From Eledone cirrhosa (taxonomy: Eukaryota): a stretch of DNA of 64,000 nt. How positions within the stretch are numbered: the first letter of the stretch is position 1; each line of letters begins with the position of its first letter. Below the pieces are notes generated by a model that saw only the letters and a program-made list of their open reading frames with translations, ran no database searches and had not been told where the DNA came from. Of the stretch, positions 29,051 to 42,270 are shown in pieces. Where the stretch lies: positions 203,856,001 through 203,920,000 of the forward strand of contig OZ024740.1 in the NCBI GenBank assembly GCA_964016885.1, read 5' to 3'. Both the position numbers and the translations under genes were made by a program.

Positions 29051-30145
29051 GTTTTTTTTCTTTTGTATTTTCTCATTTTACATTCCATTCTTTCTTCTTA
29101 ATCTATTTTATCTTCTTTTATTAAATTGTTTTTACTCTTATGGATTACTAGTTCAAACGTTGTCAGCTGGAAAAATACCGAACCATTTAATTCGACGCCT
29201 TAACAACTCTGCCAATACGCCGCCTTAAATATCAAATAAAGTATTTTATAGACTGTTGTATGCAACAGTCTTATAAGTCTTATTTCAAACTTAAAATAAA
29301 CACAAAGTGATAACGACATTTCGCCGCCAGTCATTTAAAAGTTTACTGAAATCATAGAAAAAAGTTTCTTATACTTACTGACTCCTAAGACTAATAATCC
29401 AATGCAGACGTTAATATGTATTCCATATTGGCTACCTGGTAAGTAAGCCATAATCGTTATCCAGATGGTGCAGTGTTCGTGGCGATATAAAGCAGAGACA
29501 ATATCACAAACTGCTGTCCGTCGTAAGCAGCTGATCATGCGTATAATATTCTGTTAGTTCCATCAACTCAATCCACGGAGTAAAATATACACATCCTTAT
29601 TATTATACATACATGCGCTCACAGATTTACATGTTCATATATAGATTAATTTCACATATACACGTATATCACAATAAATGAATAGTACAGACATAAAGAG
29701 GGTTAAATAAAAAACATTTTTTAAAGTCAGCAAAGAATATATATAATTTAACTGTCATCTACTCTTTATATCAGTGTTTGATGTGTATTGTAAAGAAAAT
29801 AAATCAAATAGAGAGAAAGAGAGAGCAACAAATGGCAGAGATTACCAGGCGTTGGGGTTATGATTTACTGTACAATAAACCTTGTATCCCATGCATTTAC
29901 TCCGAAATAGTGACGGTAAGTTGTAATCTGTTTCGTTGTTAACATAGTTTTCTAATTACATCAGTTGCAACAATTTTGTTCATCATATAGTTGGTGTTGT
30001 AATGTTTACAGTAGATATGGAATAGTAGTTGTAGTATTTGTTATCATCGACAAAAAACTATTATTGATATTAATGTTTATAAATTTCCATTTTTCTTAGT
30101 TTGTAAAACTTCCGTCTGTCAGAAAAGTATAGAAGCTGCAGGTTT

Positions 30146-30650
30146 AAGCAGAGTTGTTGTTAGTATAGCAGTGTTGTTGTTAGTATAGCAGTGTTGTTGT
30201 TAGTATAGCAGAGTTGTTGTTAGTATAGCAGTGTTGTTGTTAGTATAACAGTGTTGTTGTTAGTATAGCAGAGTTGTTGTTAGTATAGCAGAGTTGTTGT
30301 TAGTATAGCAGAGTTGTTAGTATAGCAGAGTTGTTGTTAGTATAGCAGAGTTGTTAGAATAGCAGAGTTGTTATTATATCAGAGTTGTTGTTAGTATAGC
30401 AAAGTTGTTTTTAGTATAGCAGAGTTGTTAGTATAGCAGTGTTGTTGTTAGTATAGCAGAGTTGTTGTTAGTATAGCAGAGTTGTTATTAGTATAGCAGA
30501 GTTGTTATTAGTATAGCAGAGTTGTTAGTATAGCAGAGTTGTTGTTAGTATAGCAGAGTTGTTATTAGTATAGCAGAGTTGTTAGTATAGCAGAGTTGTT
30601 ATTAGTATAGCAGAGTTGTTAGTATAGCAGAGTTGTTATTAGTATAGGTT
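30146..30650. repeat. Minisatellite, 20-bp unit AGCAGAGTTGTTGTTAGTAT with 17-bp variants
   Basis: About 25 tandem copies by reading. Confidence 0.95.
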
Positions 30651-31344
30651 GTTACAAGTATTTTCTTTACTCGGCTGAAATATTTAAATTGTTTGAAGAA
30701 AAGAAAAACAAAACAAAGAAACAAAAAAAAAAAAACGCAACTTGTTGCTTGCTGCAGCTGCAATCCGTTTAGCTGCACCGAAGTGCCGAAACTACAAGCA
30801 GCATTACAGTTCTCTCTCTAATCAGTGCACACAGTCATTCAATTGGTTTACTATGTTCTCACCTATATACGATTCATTGCCGACACTAGTTTATCGAAAC
30901 TGAAGCGGAGCTTGAGGGAAGGAGGGAGGTATATTGATTTAGCATGTGGGAGGGGGGGGGGAGTGTTGGATTTAACCGTTTTACTCAAGTAGTGCATTAT
31001 AGCAACAGTAGCGGTTAATATGAGATACAACAGTCTATACAGTACATAGAGATAAGGGAGTAGTGTCTTAAGACATTTTATTGTAGATATGTGTTGTCAA
31101 TAAAATATACCTCATAAAATTACTGGTAATTTGGTAATTTATTAACTTTCAATGCATGGAAACGAAAATTAAAAAAAAATTCGTTTGAATCTACAACAGG
31201 AAGGTATTCCACTTAGGATACTACAAAATAAAACAAAAGTATTATAATACTTTTTCTTTCAAAAATACTTATCATAGCCTCAATGTGAGTGTGTGTCCGT
31301 GAAACATACATATACACCAAGTCCGAACAAAAAGGAACCAATCT

Positions 31345-31660
31345 CCCACTACCCTTGCCTCCATCTCTCCCGCTCTCCCCATCTCTCGCTATTATAAGCA
31401 AATGGGAGCCCACGGGCTGGCCGCCCCGCAGCCCCAATATAGAAAAGGCGTTTCCTCGGAGGATGGTGAGCGAGATGCGCCGGAAGAGCGACTCCATCTC
31501 GTGAGGCTCCCACCTGCGGTAAGCCAACTCTGTGCCGATGGTGGTGAGTAGGCAGGTGGTCCCATGGACAAGGACACCAGAAGTCTCCACTGCTACGGGC
31601 TCGAGTACAAACCTATCGGAGAGCGACTGATATTTGGACAGTTTACCCTCTTCGGCTCGG
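31345..31660 (-). mobile_element. 3' fragment of CRE-like RLE element
   Basis: AVETSGVLV...TIGTELA.RRWEPHEMESLFRRISLTILRGNAFSIL; similar to 2220-2510. Confidence 0.78.
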
Positions 31661-31754
31661 AGCTATAAACACACACAAACACATACACACACAGACATAT
31701 ATATATATGTAAATATATATACATACATATATATGTGTGTGCGTGAGTGTGTGA

Positions 31755-31815
<61 letters not shown>

Positions 31816-32024
31816 CGTGCGTGCATGTGGGTGTGTGGGGAGGTTAAGTGTGTTTGTAGAGCGGAAAACTGTGGTAGTTAGAAAGTCAGATGAAATACAT
31901 CATGGCATTTGTTCCTATTCTGTGCACTGTGAGTTCAAATCCCACCTTAGTCTTTACTTTTCATCCTTTCGGGGTCGATAGATTGAGTAATTATCATCTC
32001 ATGAAACTTAGCGAACACTTACTT

Positions 32025-32103
<79 letters not shown>

Positions 32104-32146
32104 TATACAAATATATATATATATACAAATATATATATATATACAA

Positions 32147-32220
<74 letters not shown>

Positions 32221-32286
32221 ACATATATATACATATATATATATACATATATATATATACATATATATACATATATATATATACAA

Positions 32287-32351
<65 letters not shown>

Positions 32352-32353
<2 letters not shown>

Positions 32354-32618
32354 GTAATAATAATAAAATTGAAGACTAAAATCCAAAGAGGGCTCGATAA
32401 GGAAAATATATATCAAATATATAAGAACCGTAGAGCAAATATTTATTAAAATAACAGATTAAAGTTTAAGCAAAGAATCGCTGCTTTCACCCTTTGCAAC
32501 GTTTTTTGAAATATCCAGTTCTGCGTTTACAGATTGACTTTGTTAGTTTCAGAAGATCCCGTTAAGGGTGAAAGCAGCGATTCTTTGCTAAAACTTTAAT
32601 CTGTTATTTTAATAAATA
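32352..32618. repeat. Family A head-to-head inverted pair inside (TA)n
   Basis: 32352-32493 matches 4911-5051; 32494-32618 is the reverse complement of ~4996-5121. Confidence 0.85.
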
Positions 32619-33011
32619 TATATATATATTTATATATATATATATTTATATATATATATACATATATATATATCTGTTGAGCTCTGCTGATGATTGAAAT
32701 TCCAACCGTGACCATCTCCACTGAAAGTTTTCATGAAATAGTCTTTTAAGACTATACAGAGCATTTGATGTTATTCCAAATTGAAGGATAAGTGTTTCAA
32801 ACTTTATTTTATCATGAGTTAAAGGTCTATAGATTTTCCCTGGATTTTACTAAATTCTGTGGATGAATTTATATCCTGATTCTCTTTTGAGATGAGTTTG
32901 AGTTATTTTTCCTAAATCTTTCGTTAACTACTTTTCCCATCTTGACGTTATAGTCGCATATATGTTATAGAATGCCGTTAGCTTCTTGCTAAAACAATCT
33001 CTATACCTCTC

Positions 33012-33051
<40 letters not shown>

Positions 33052-33057
<6 letters not shown>

Positions 33058-33380
33058 TCAAAACAACAAACAGCGGAGGACGCGTTTCGCACCTTTCCGA
33101 CAGACAACCTTTCCCCCACCCCGGAAAAAAACCCCACTTGATGGATGTGAATCCGAAATATATAGGGACAATTAAATCTCTCCCAAGGTAACTCTCTCTC
33201 GTGTTGTTATTTTTATTTTATCCTTTATACTCTTTCCTTCATTCCTCTACACGTCTTATACACGCCACGCATCTCAACGTACACCCACTTACATCTCTCT
33301 CTCCACCACCGGATCTTGTTACCCGGAGATTTACCCATTTGCATTGTCGAGGCTTCCAAACGACTTAAAGAAATTTACCA
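33052..33380 (+). mobile_element. PLE family B 3' end with decayed hammerhead at 33132-33167
   Basis: Reverse complement of ~7262-7590; ccc-CACTTGA-t-ggat gtga atcc-GAAA-tata-TA-ggg. Confidence 0.75.
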
Positions 33381-33382
33381 TA

Positions 33383-33413
<31 letters not shown>

Positions 33414-33452
33414 GTATATATATATACATATATATATATATACACACACACA

Positions 33453-33738
<286 letters not shown>

Positions 33739-33892
33739 TGTTATACTTTGGGAGGGTCATGTTGCCAATAAGAAACACACGCACCAGTTGCTTTCACTTC
33801 AATTTATTATATATTTATAAATTTATAAATTTACAAATCTACAAACTTATAAATTTCTGGTTGGTTCCACAACCAGATAGTTGTTTATATAT

Positions 33893-33937
33893 AGTCATAG
33901 TCCTTTCGTCACACACTCTGTGACCTCTTCAGTGACT
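33893..33937 (-). ncRNA. Minimal hammerhead ribozyme (family C)
   Basis: agtca-CTGAAGA-g gtcaca gagtg tgtgac-GAAA-ggac-TA-tgact. Confidence 0.85.
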
Positions 33938-34764
33938 GGGGATTCCTTTCTTTGTTTCTGTGCCTTTCCTTTCTTCTATCCTACGCCATTTTGTTTCTGT
34001 GTGTGTGTTGTGTGCTCAGTTTGCGCATGCGCCACATCCGGATGTCTGTGTGTGTTTGTGTTCATTTACCTATTTGTTTATTTATTTATTTATTTATTGT
34101 TGGTTGGTTGTTTGTTCTATGTGTGTGTGTGTTTCATTTTGTCCTGTGTGTGTTTTCATTTTGTCCTTAATTGTAAGTTGTGATATTGCTGTTCCACTCA
34201 TATTTTCTATTTAATTTTGGTTGTAATTCTTTTATGCTTACTGCCTCTGTAATTTGCCTAAACATTGCATCTTTTCTGTGTGTGGATTCTATTTTTATTT
34301 CTATGTTCTCTAATCTACCCCTGTGTTCTATCTTAGCATGTTGGTAGAGCACAGAAAAGATGCAATGTTTAGGCAAATTACAGAGGCAGTAAGCATAAAA
34401 GAATTACAACCAAAATTAAATAGAAAATATGAGTGGAACAGCAACATCACAACTTACAATTAAGGACAAAATGAAAACACACACAGGACAAAATGAAAAC
34501 ACACACACACATAGAACAAACAACTTACAATTAAGGACAAAATGAAAACACACACAGGACAAAATGAAAACACACACACACATAGAACAAACAACCAACC
34601 AACAATAAATAAATAAATAAATAAACAAATAGATAAATGAACACAAACACACACCGACATCCGGATGTGGCGCATGCGCAAACCGAGCACACAACACACA
34701 CACAGAAACAAAATGGCGTAGGATAGAAGAAAGGAAAAGCACAGAAACAAAGAAAGGAATCCCC

Positions 34765-34809
34765 AGTCACTGAAGAGGTCACAGAGTGTGTGACGAAAGG
34801 ACTATGACT
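34765..34809 (+). ncRNA. Minimal hammerhead ribozyme (family C)
   Basis: agtca-CTGAAGA-g gtcaca gagtg tgtgac-GAAA-ggac-TA-tgact. Confidence 0.85.
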
Positions 34810-35067
34810 ATATATAAACAACTATCTGGTTGTGGAACCAACCAGAAATTTATAAGTTTGTAGATTTGTAAATTTATAAATTTATAAATATATAATAAAT
34901 TGAAGTGAAAGCAACTGGTGCGTGTGTTTCTTATTGGCAACATGACCCTCCCAAAGTATAACAATATCGGTTTCAACACACGATTTCAGATAAAGAATCT
35001 TGCTAAACAAATTCAGAAACGAAATATATATATACAGATATATATATATATATATACATATATACAG

Positions 35068-35154
<87 letters not shown>

Positions 35155-35523
35155 TGTATATACACATATATATATATATATATATACACATATATATATA
35201 TATATATACACATATATATATATATTGTTATACTTTGGGAGGGTCATGTTGCCAATAAGAAACACACGCACCAGATGGTTGTTTATATATTGTCAAAGTT
35301 CTTTCGTCACACATTATGTGACCTCTTCAGTGACTGGGGATTCTTTTCTTTGTTTGTGTGCCTCTCCTTTGTTCTGTTCTATGCCATCTTGTTTTGTGTG
35401 CTCAGTCTGCGCATGCGCCACATCCGGGTGTCTGTGTGTGTTTATATTCGTTTATTTATTTGTTTATTTACATGTTACAGGTTGGTTGTTTGTTCTATGT
35501 GCGTGTGTGTTTTCATTTTGTCC

Positions 35524-36890
35524 TTAATTGTAAGTTGTGATGTTGCTGTTCCACTCATGTTTTCTATTTAATTTTGGTTGTAATTCTTTTATGTTTATTG
35601 CCTCTGTGATTTGTCTAAACATTGCGTCTTTTCTGTGTGTAGATTCTATTTTTATTTCTATGTTCTCTAATTTACCCTTATGTTCTATTTTAGCATGTTG
35701 GTAGAGTACAGATGATTCTTTACTATCTTGAAGGTCTCGCCAGTGTTCATTTATCCGTTCCCCTACACTACGAGCTGTCTCACCTATGTACACTATATTT
35801 TTGTCTCTACATTGTCCTTCAGTACATCTTATGCTATATACTACATTTCTAGTTTTACAGTTAATATGGGGGCTTAATTTACAGGTTATACATTTCTTAA
35901 CTATACAGGGGGTCTTTGAAAAGGGTATGTCTTGCTAATAAGTGTTTTTACGGAGGTACCTGGTTTTTCTACTATCTTAATATTGAGTTTATGTTTATCT
36001 AGGGCCCTTCTAAATTCGTAAGCTAATTCATCTCTAGGGGTTGTATCGATGAACATTACACTCTGATATTTATTGCTATCATACCATGAGTTTATTCTAT
36101 TAGCCTTATTCCTAGTTCTTTCTATTCTATTCCAAAATTTGCTCCTATACAAGGGGCAGGTCCCATTTGTGTCATTATTTACCATTTATTCCCATTTGGT
36201 TCTGGCTCCTCTATACACTCTAATTTTATCTCTCTGATTGTAACCAGAGAACTGCATACGGTGGATGAAGTGTTGTATGTGTCTCTCTAGTTCTTCGGGG
36301 TTGCACATGCGGGACACGTTTCTCATCACCCGTACCAAATCCGCAATCAGTATGTTGATTTTGGTATGGGCCGAAACAGCTGAGCTTTGGTGGATCAGAT
36401 ATTTGGAAGTCATGGGTTTGGCATAATGGGAATGGAGGATTTGTTTTTTGTTATTAATGGTATCTAACCAGAGCTCTGTGTCTAGTACAGGTAATCGATG
36501 GTTGGGGTGTTTAATTGGGTAGTCTATAGTAACTCTAATACTCTGGTGGATGGAGTTAGCTATTTGCTGGATGCTTTCCATTGTGTTTTTCTCTAATTCC
36601 TGACTGTTCTCTAGTGGGGGGTTTTATATCATCAACGTAGCGGAAGTACATTATCAGGGTTAAGGGGTCTTCTAATTGTTCTTTAAGTTTAAGTTTAAGT
36701 CTACTGTCCCACCATACCATGAATAAGTTAGCTATGTCGCCTGCAATGCTAACACCAATGGCTGCTCCTTCCTCTTGGGCATATGTTTTTCCATTAAATT
36801 TGAACATATGTTCCTTAAGGGTTAATTTTATGCTGGCCCCCACCGCATGTGCAATCATTTTCTTTAGTTCATCGTGGTTTTCGGGTGTCC
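35524..36890 (-). pseudogene. Penelope-like reverse transcriptase (C-terminal half) plus GIY-YIG endonuclease, disrupted
   Basis: FKFNGKTYAQEEGAAIG...IANLFM...YFRYVDDI; LPVLD; HYAKP; FSGY; Cys-rich linker; NVVYSIRC...YIGETARS..ER..EH...HAK..H...RQITEA..I...P.LN. Confidence 0.9.
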
Positions 36891-37639
36891 GAAACTCATG
36901 GTATGATAGCAATAAATACCAGAGTGTAATTTTCATCTATACAACCCCTAGAGGTGAATTAGCTTACAAATTTCGAAGCGCCCTAGATAAACATAAACTC
37001 AACATTAAGATAGTAGAAAGACCAGGTAGCTCCGTAAAAACACTTATTAGAAAAGACCCCCCCCCCTGTATATATAAGAAATGTATAACCTGTAAATTAA
37101 GCCCCCATATTAACTGTAAAACTAGAAATGTAGTATATAGCATAAGATGTACTGAAGGACAATGTAGAGACAAAAATATAGTGTACATAGGTGAGACAGC
37201 TCGTAGTGTAGGGGAACGGATAAATGAACACTGGCGAGACCTTCAAGATAGTAAAGAATCATCTGTACTCTACCAACATGCTAAAATAGAACATAAGGGT
37301 AAATTAGAGAACATAGAAATAAAAATAGAATCTACACACAGAAAAGACGCAATGTTTAGACAAATCACAGAGGCAATAAACATAAAAGAATTACAACCAA
37401 AATTAAATAGAAAACATGAGTGGAACAGCAACATCACAACTTACAATTAAGGACAAAATGAAAACACACACGCACATAGAACAAACAACCAACCTGTAAC
37501 ATGTAAATAAACAAATAAATAAACGAATATAAACACACACAGACACCCGGATGTGGCGCATGCGCAGACTGAGCACACAAAACAAAATGGCGTAGGACAG
37601 AACAAAGGAGAGGCACAAAAACAAAGAAAAGAATCCCCA

Positions 37640-37682
37640 GTCACTGAAGAGGTCACAGAATGTGTGACGAAAGAACTTTGAC
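37640..37682 (+). ncRNA. Minimal hammerhead ribozyme (family C)
   Basis: gtca-CTGAAGA-g gtcaca gaatg tgtgac-GAAA-gaac-TT-tgac. Confidence 0.78.
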
Positions 37683-37890
37683 AATATATAAACAACCATC
37701 TGGTTGTGGAACCAACCAACCAACCGGAAATTTATAAATTCCTAAATTTATAAATTTATTATAATAAATTGAAGTGAAAGCAACTGGTGCGTGTGTTTCT
37801 TATTGGCAACATGACCCTCCCAAAGTATAACAATATCGGTTTCAACACACGTTTTCAGATAAAGAATCTTGCTAAACAAATTCAGAAACG

Positions 37891-37930
<40 letters not shown>

Positions 37931-38063
37931 GTGAGGTTTTTTTTTACAAAATAAAAAATAACCGAGGTGTCCTACACGAGTGAAAGTATAAAGAAAAAAA
38001 GATGAAATCGAAAATGCAACTGGAGTCTTATTTAAAAAAAAAATATATATATTTATTTGGTTC

Positions 38064-38099
38064 CTTTACCGGTTTCGCAGTTCTTCTGCTTTTCACAAG
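38064..38099 (-). ncRNA. Decayed minimal hammerhead in a TA-flanked insert (37925-38143)
   Basis: ctt-GTGAAAA-gcag aagaa ctgc-GAAA-ccgg-TA-aag; two core changes, stems and palindromic loop III intact. Confidence 0.5.
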
Positions 38100-38139
38100 T
38101 AGAGTTGAGATAGAGGGTCTGTGGTGTTTCTCACATCTG

Positions 38140-38478
<339 letters not shown>

Positions 38479-38639
38479 TTATATATATATATATATAAAA
38501 GCCTTATTTCAAACTTAAAATAAACACAAAGTGATAACGACATTTCGCCGCCAGTCATTTAAAAGTTTACTGAAATCATAGAAAAAAAGTTTCTTATACT
38601 TACTGACTCCTAAGACTAATACTTAAAATAAACACTTAA

Positions 38640-38940
38640 ACCTGGAGAAGAAAGATCTGGAAGCTGAACAGATTTAAAGATATTTTACTCGACACCTATG
38701 ACAGTAAAGAAGAACGGATAGAAACATTCAATGTAGAAGGGCACGGGGAGTTCCTAAAAAAACTTACTAAAGGCGACGGATGAGATCTGTGGATGGAGTA
38801 AGACTACAGGCAGGAGAGTGACTTGGTGGTGGAACAATAAGGTAGATGAGGCAGTTAAGGCCAAGAGACAGGCATGGAAAGAATGGAAGAATGGGGGAAG
38901 CAGGGTACATTACATAGAGACCAGGAGGGAAGCTAGGCGA
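38640..38940 (+). mobile_element. Internal fragment of an RTE-type LINE (EN-RT linker)
   Basis: LLKATDEICGWSK...TWWWNNKVDEAVKAKRQAWKEWK. Confidence 0.7.
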
Positions 38941-38959
38941 TATATATATATGTATATAT

Positions 38960-39155
38960 AACGAAGGAGGTGTGGTAAGGAACCAGATGGACCATAACGC
39001 ACCAGAGTACTCAATACTTAGGGTAGTAGAGTGGGTAATAGGAAAATGTTTGACCCCGACGGCAGAGCTCAAGCCGGATCGACGGCTATTTCTGGTCCAG
39101 AAATAGCCGTCGAAACGGCTTGAGCTCTGCCGTCGGGGGCAAACATTTTCCTATG
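38960..39155. repeat. Family D palindrome plus tail (diverged subfamily)
   Basis: Homologous to the reverse complement of 10546-10755; fold-back centre ~39095. Confidence 0.85.
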
Positions 39156-39177
39156 TATGTATATATATATATATATA

Positions 39178-40057
39178 TTGTTGAAAATCTGGGATTTGGC
39201 TACTGTGGTTTACCGATCGATTGATGGTGAAATATATTTCTTTAATGAAATATATACAAGGAAGATTAATCAATTTATCAGGTATCTATATTTAAAGTCC
39301 TAGTTCAACTTTAATTAGTTACCTACCTGGCTATGTGTGTTTACACACTTTTACAAATTACTCCCTGTGATTGTTTCATTTATTTTAGATATATATATAT
39401 GTCAATCAATTTGTAGTTGATATAAAATACTCGGATCTATTTATTGGAATCTTGGAGCATATTCTACAGTGGATATGGCGCATGTCTCTCTGACATGACA
39501 CGCTTAATTTAATTTTGGATATATATACGGCCCCTTAATTGTAGAGCTAACTCAATTGAAAGGACTCGGCTGCTATTTCTAGTTGTCGATAACCCTATTC
39601 ACGCCACTGGGATGAAGCTAGTACGATGTGTGTATTTAAAAAAAATGCAACACGTGCTGCTAGTCATTCGCAGATTTGAATTTGCTGTGTAAACACAGAT
39701 AGTTAAATCTTCTCCCTTGTTGAAAATCCGCGATTTGGCTACTGTGGTTTACCGATCGATTGATGGTGAAATATATTTCTTTAGTGATACAAGGAAGATT
39801 AATCAATTTATAAGGTATCTATATTTAAAGTTCTAGTTAAACTTTAATTAGTTACCTACCTAGCTGTGTGTGCTTACACACTTTACAAATTATTCCCTGT
39901 GATTGTTTCATGTGTTTATTTTATATATATATATGTCAATCAATTTATAGTTGATATAAAATGCTCGGATCTATTTATTGGAATCTTGGAGCATATTCTA
40001 CAGTGGATATGGCGCATTACTCGGACATGACAACCTTAATTTAATTTTGGATATATA
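39178..40057. repeat. Partial tandem repeat, ~540-bp unit x1.6, inside (TA)n
   Basis: TGTTGAAAATC.G.GATTTGGCTACTGTGG at 39179 and 39718, colinear for ~340 bp. Confidence 0.85.
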
Positions 40058-40061
40058 ATTT

Positions 40062-40277
<216 letters not shown>

Positions 40278-40360
40278 AAGATAAGCAGAACAAGTAAAAT
40301 TCAATCAATTTTTCAAAATACATTAAAAAATATAATATAAATATTTACCTCTTCTAGTGG

Positions 40361-40439
40361 CCCTTACTGATCAGTTTCGCTTTGTAAAACCTCATAAATC
40401 CGATGGATTTATGATGGAAAACCAAAGCTCATCAGAGAA
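40361..40439 (-). ncRNA. Type-I hammerhead ribozyme, canonical core, long stem II
   Basis: ttct-CTGATGA-gctttg...tcataaatcc atc ggatttatga...caaagc-GAAA-ctgatcag-TA-aggg. Confidence 0.85.
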
Positions 40440-40845
40440 GCATTTTCCCTTCCTAGGGCTAAACGTCCCAGGAACGACAAAATATACAACCTCCTGCCAG
40501 CTAATAAAGGTCTGAAAGGTCGTAGAAGTGACCCGTATGTAAACTGGACCGAAGTAAAAGCGGGAAAATCAAAGACTTGCTGTCTACAATTACTACTAAA
40601 AAAATAGCAGCCAAGTAGAGCAACAGATTTGTTCTCAACGGACGGAGAAAAAGGTAGAAGTTAATATGTCCAGGGATACTAGGTACCCCTAGAAATACAT
40701 AGGTTGTCTATGATTCAAGGTTGTTCAATGGTGTTAATTTAATACACCAGAACTTTAATATTAAGATAAGCAGAACAAGTAAAATTCAATCAATTTTTCA
40801 AAATACATTAAAAAATATAATATAAATATTTACCTCTTCTAGTGG

Positions 40846-40920
40846 CCCTTACTGATCAGTTTCGCTTTGTAAAACCTCATAAATCCGATGGATTTATGAT
40901 GGAAAACCAAAGCTCATCAG

Positions 40921-40921
<1 letters not shown>
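40846..40921 (-). ncRNA. Second family E hammerhead (5' strand of stem I truncated)
   Basis: Identical core 485 bp away; the element ends at CTGATGA. Confidence 0.75.
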
Positions 40922-40992
<71 letters not shown>

Positions 40993-41042
40993 ATATCTGT
41001 GTGTATAAATATATATATATATATATATATGTATGTGTCTGA

Positions 41043-41300
41043 AGGCGCATTGCTTAGTGGTTAGAGCATTGGGCTTGCAATCGAAAGGTTGTGAGTTCAA
41101 TTCTCGAACCGGGTGATGTGTTGTTTCCTTGAGCAAGACACTTTATTTCATGTTGCTCCAGTTTACTCAGCTGTAGAAATGAGTACCAGCCTGCCCGCCC
41201 AGCCAGTGGGATGGCGTTATCTTACGGCTAAAACACCACGACGTGCTGTGACCAGTGGCGCCGATTGGCGCCCGACTGACTGGTCGGTCAAAGTGATCGG
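41043..41300 (+). mobile_element. tRNA-derived SINE
   Basis: GCTTAGTGGTTAGAGC...GAGTTCAATTC...CCTTGAGCAAGACACTTTATTTCA. Confidence 0.75.
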
Positions 41301-41308
41301 TCAAGGTG

Positions 41309-41364
<56 letters not shown>

Positions 41365-41894
41365 ATATATATATATATATATATGTATTCATGTGTGTGT
41401 GTGATGTGCGTGTGCGTGCGTGTATAAGTGTGGACGCAGTATGGCCGAATGATTAAGGAGTTTGCTTCGCAATCATATTGTCCCGAGTTCGATTGTATGT
41501 CATTTTGGGCAAGTGTTTTTATTATAGCCTCGGGTTGACCCATGCCTTATGAGTGAAACTGGCTCGACTGATATTAATAGTATATCATCGATGTGTATAT
41601 CATTAGCTGTGTATGGATAATTGGTCTCTAAACACTTGTCTCAAAATAAAAATAATTCTAAATTATTATTGGCATACCTATTTTCACTTTCACTTTTGCC
41701 AAGTTTCTAGCAGTAATAATTATTATTAGTCACACCACTGAATAATGGAGCTTTAGATTTCCTTTACTATATTCTTGGCAATAATAACCGTTAATTCTAC
41801 TCAGTTAAATCCCAGTTTTATCTGCTGGAATATATTTTTATATGACTTAATCACATGAGGAAAAGCAGCGCCCATAGCATTTATTAGGGCTTCC

Positions 41895-42270
41895 ATGACT
41901 TGTGACAGGAAGATGGGAAGATATCTGAATGCTTGCAAGAAAGTGAGCCCTGTAAATGCATCCAAGCGGTTTAAACCGGGTCTCAGATTATGTCTACTTC
42001 CAAGGAAGAGACATTACTCCACCAATGACCTTCCTTGCTGTTTTGATCTGCATGCATGTCTTCGTGCACTGCAAGCTAGCGCGTTGGGCCGGTGCCCATT
42101 GCAGGGTTAAACCATCAGCTATTGCTGGTACTCATTTTCAGTTGAGTATACTGGAGTAACGTGAAATGAAGTGTTTTGCTCAAGAACACAACACACAACC
42201 CAGCCCCGGAATCGAATCCACGACATTGTGATCGTAATTCCAACACCCTTACCACAAAGTCACGTGCCTA
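41895..42270 (-). mobile_element. tRNA-derived SINE
   Basis: GAAGTGTTTTGCTCAAGAACACAAC...CCGGAATCGAA (reverse B-box). Confidence 0.7.

Larger units (their letters stand above)
35225..37892. mobile_element. PLE family C head-to-head inverted pair with long 5'-truncated RT-EN arm
   Basis: Minus arm 35225-36890, plus arm ~36893-37892; hammerheads at 35292-35334(-) and 37640-37682(+); (TA)n both sides. Confidence 0.9.

Noticed and set aside
32689-32720. CTGATGA motif
   Set aside because: No stem II followed by GAAA and no stem I/III; the same applies to CTGATGA near 19387, 26486, 48084 and 48850
36719-37450. 243-aa ORF as an intact gene
   Set aside because: Chimeric: the first ~58 codons are antisense RT sequence read across the inversion junction into the GIY-YIG arm
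41043-41115. tRNA gene (also ~430-495)
   Set aside because: tRNA-like A/B boxes run into a SINE body; no complete cloverleaf or acceptor stem
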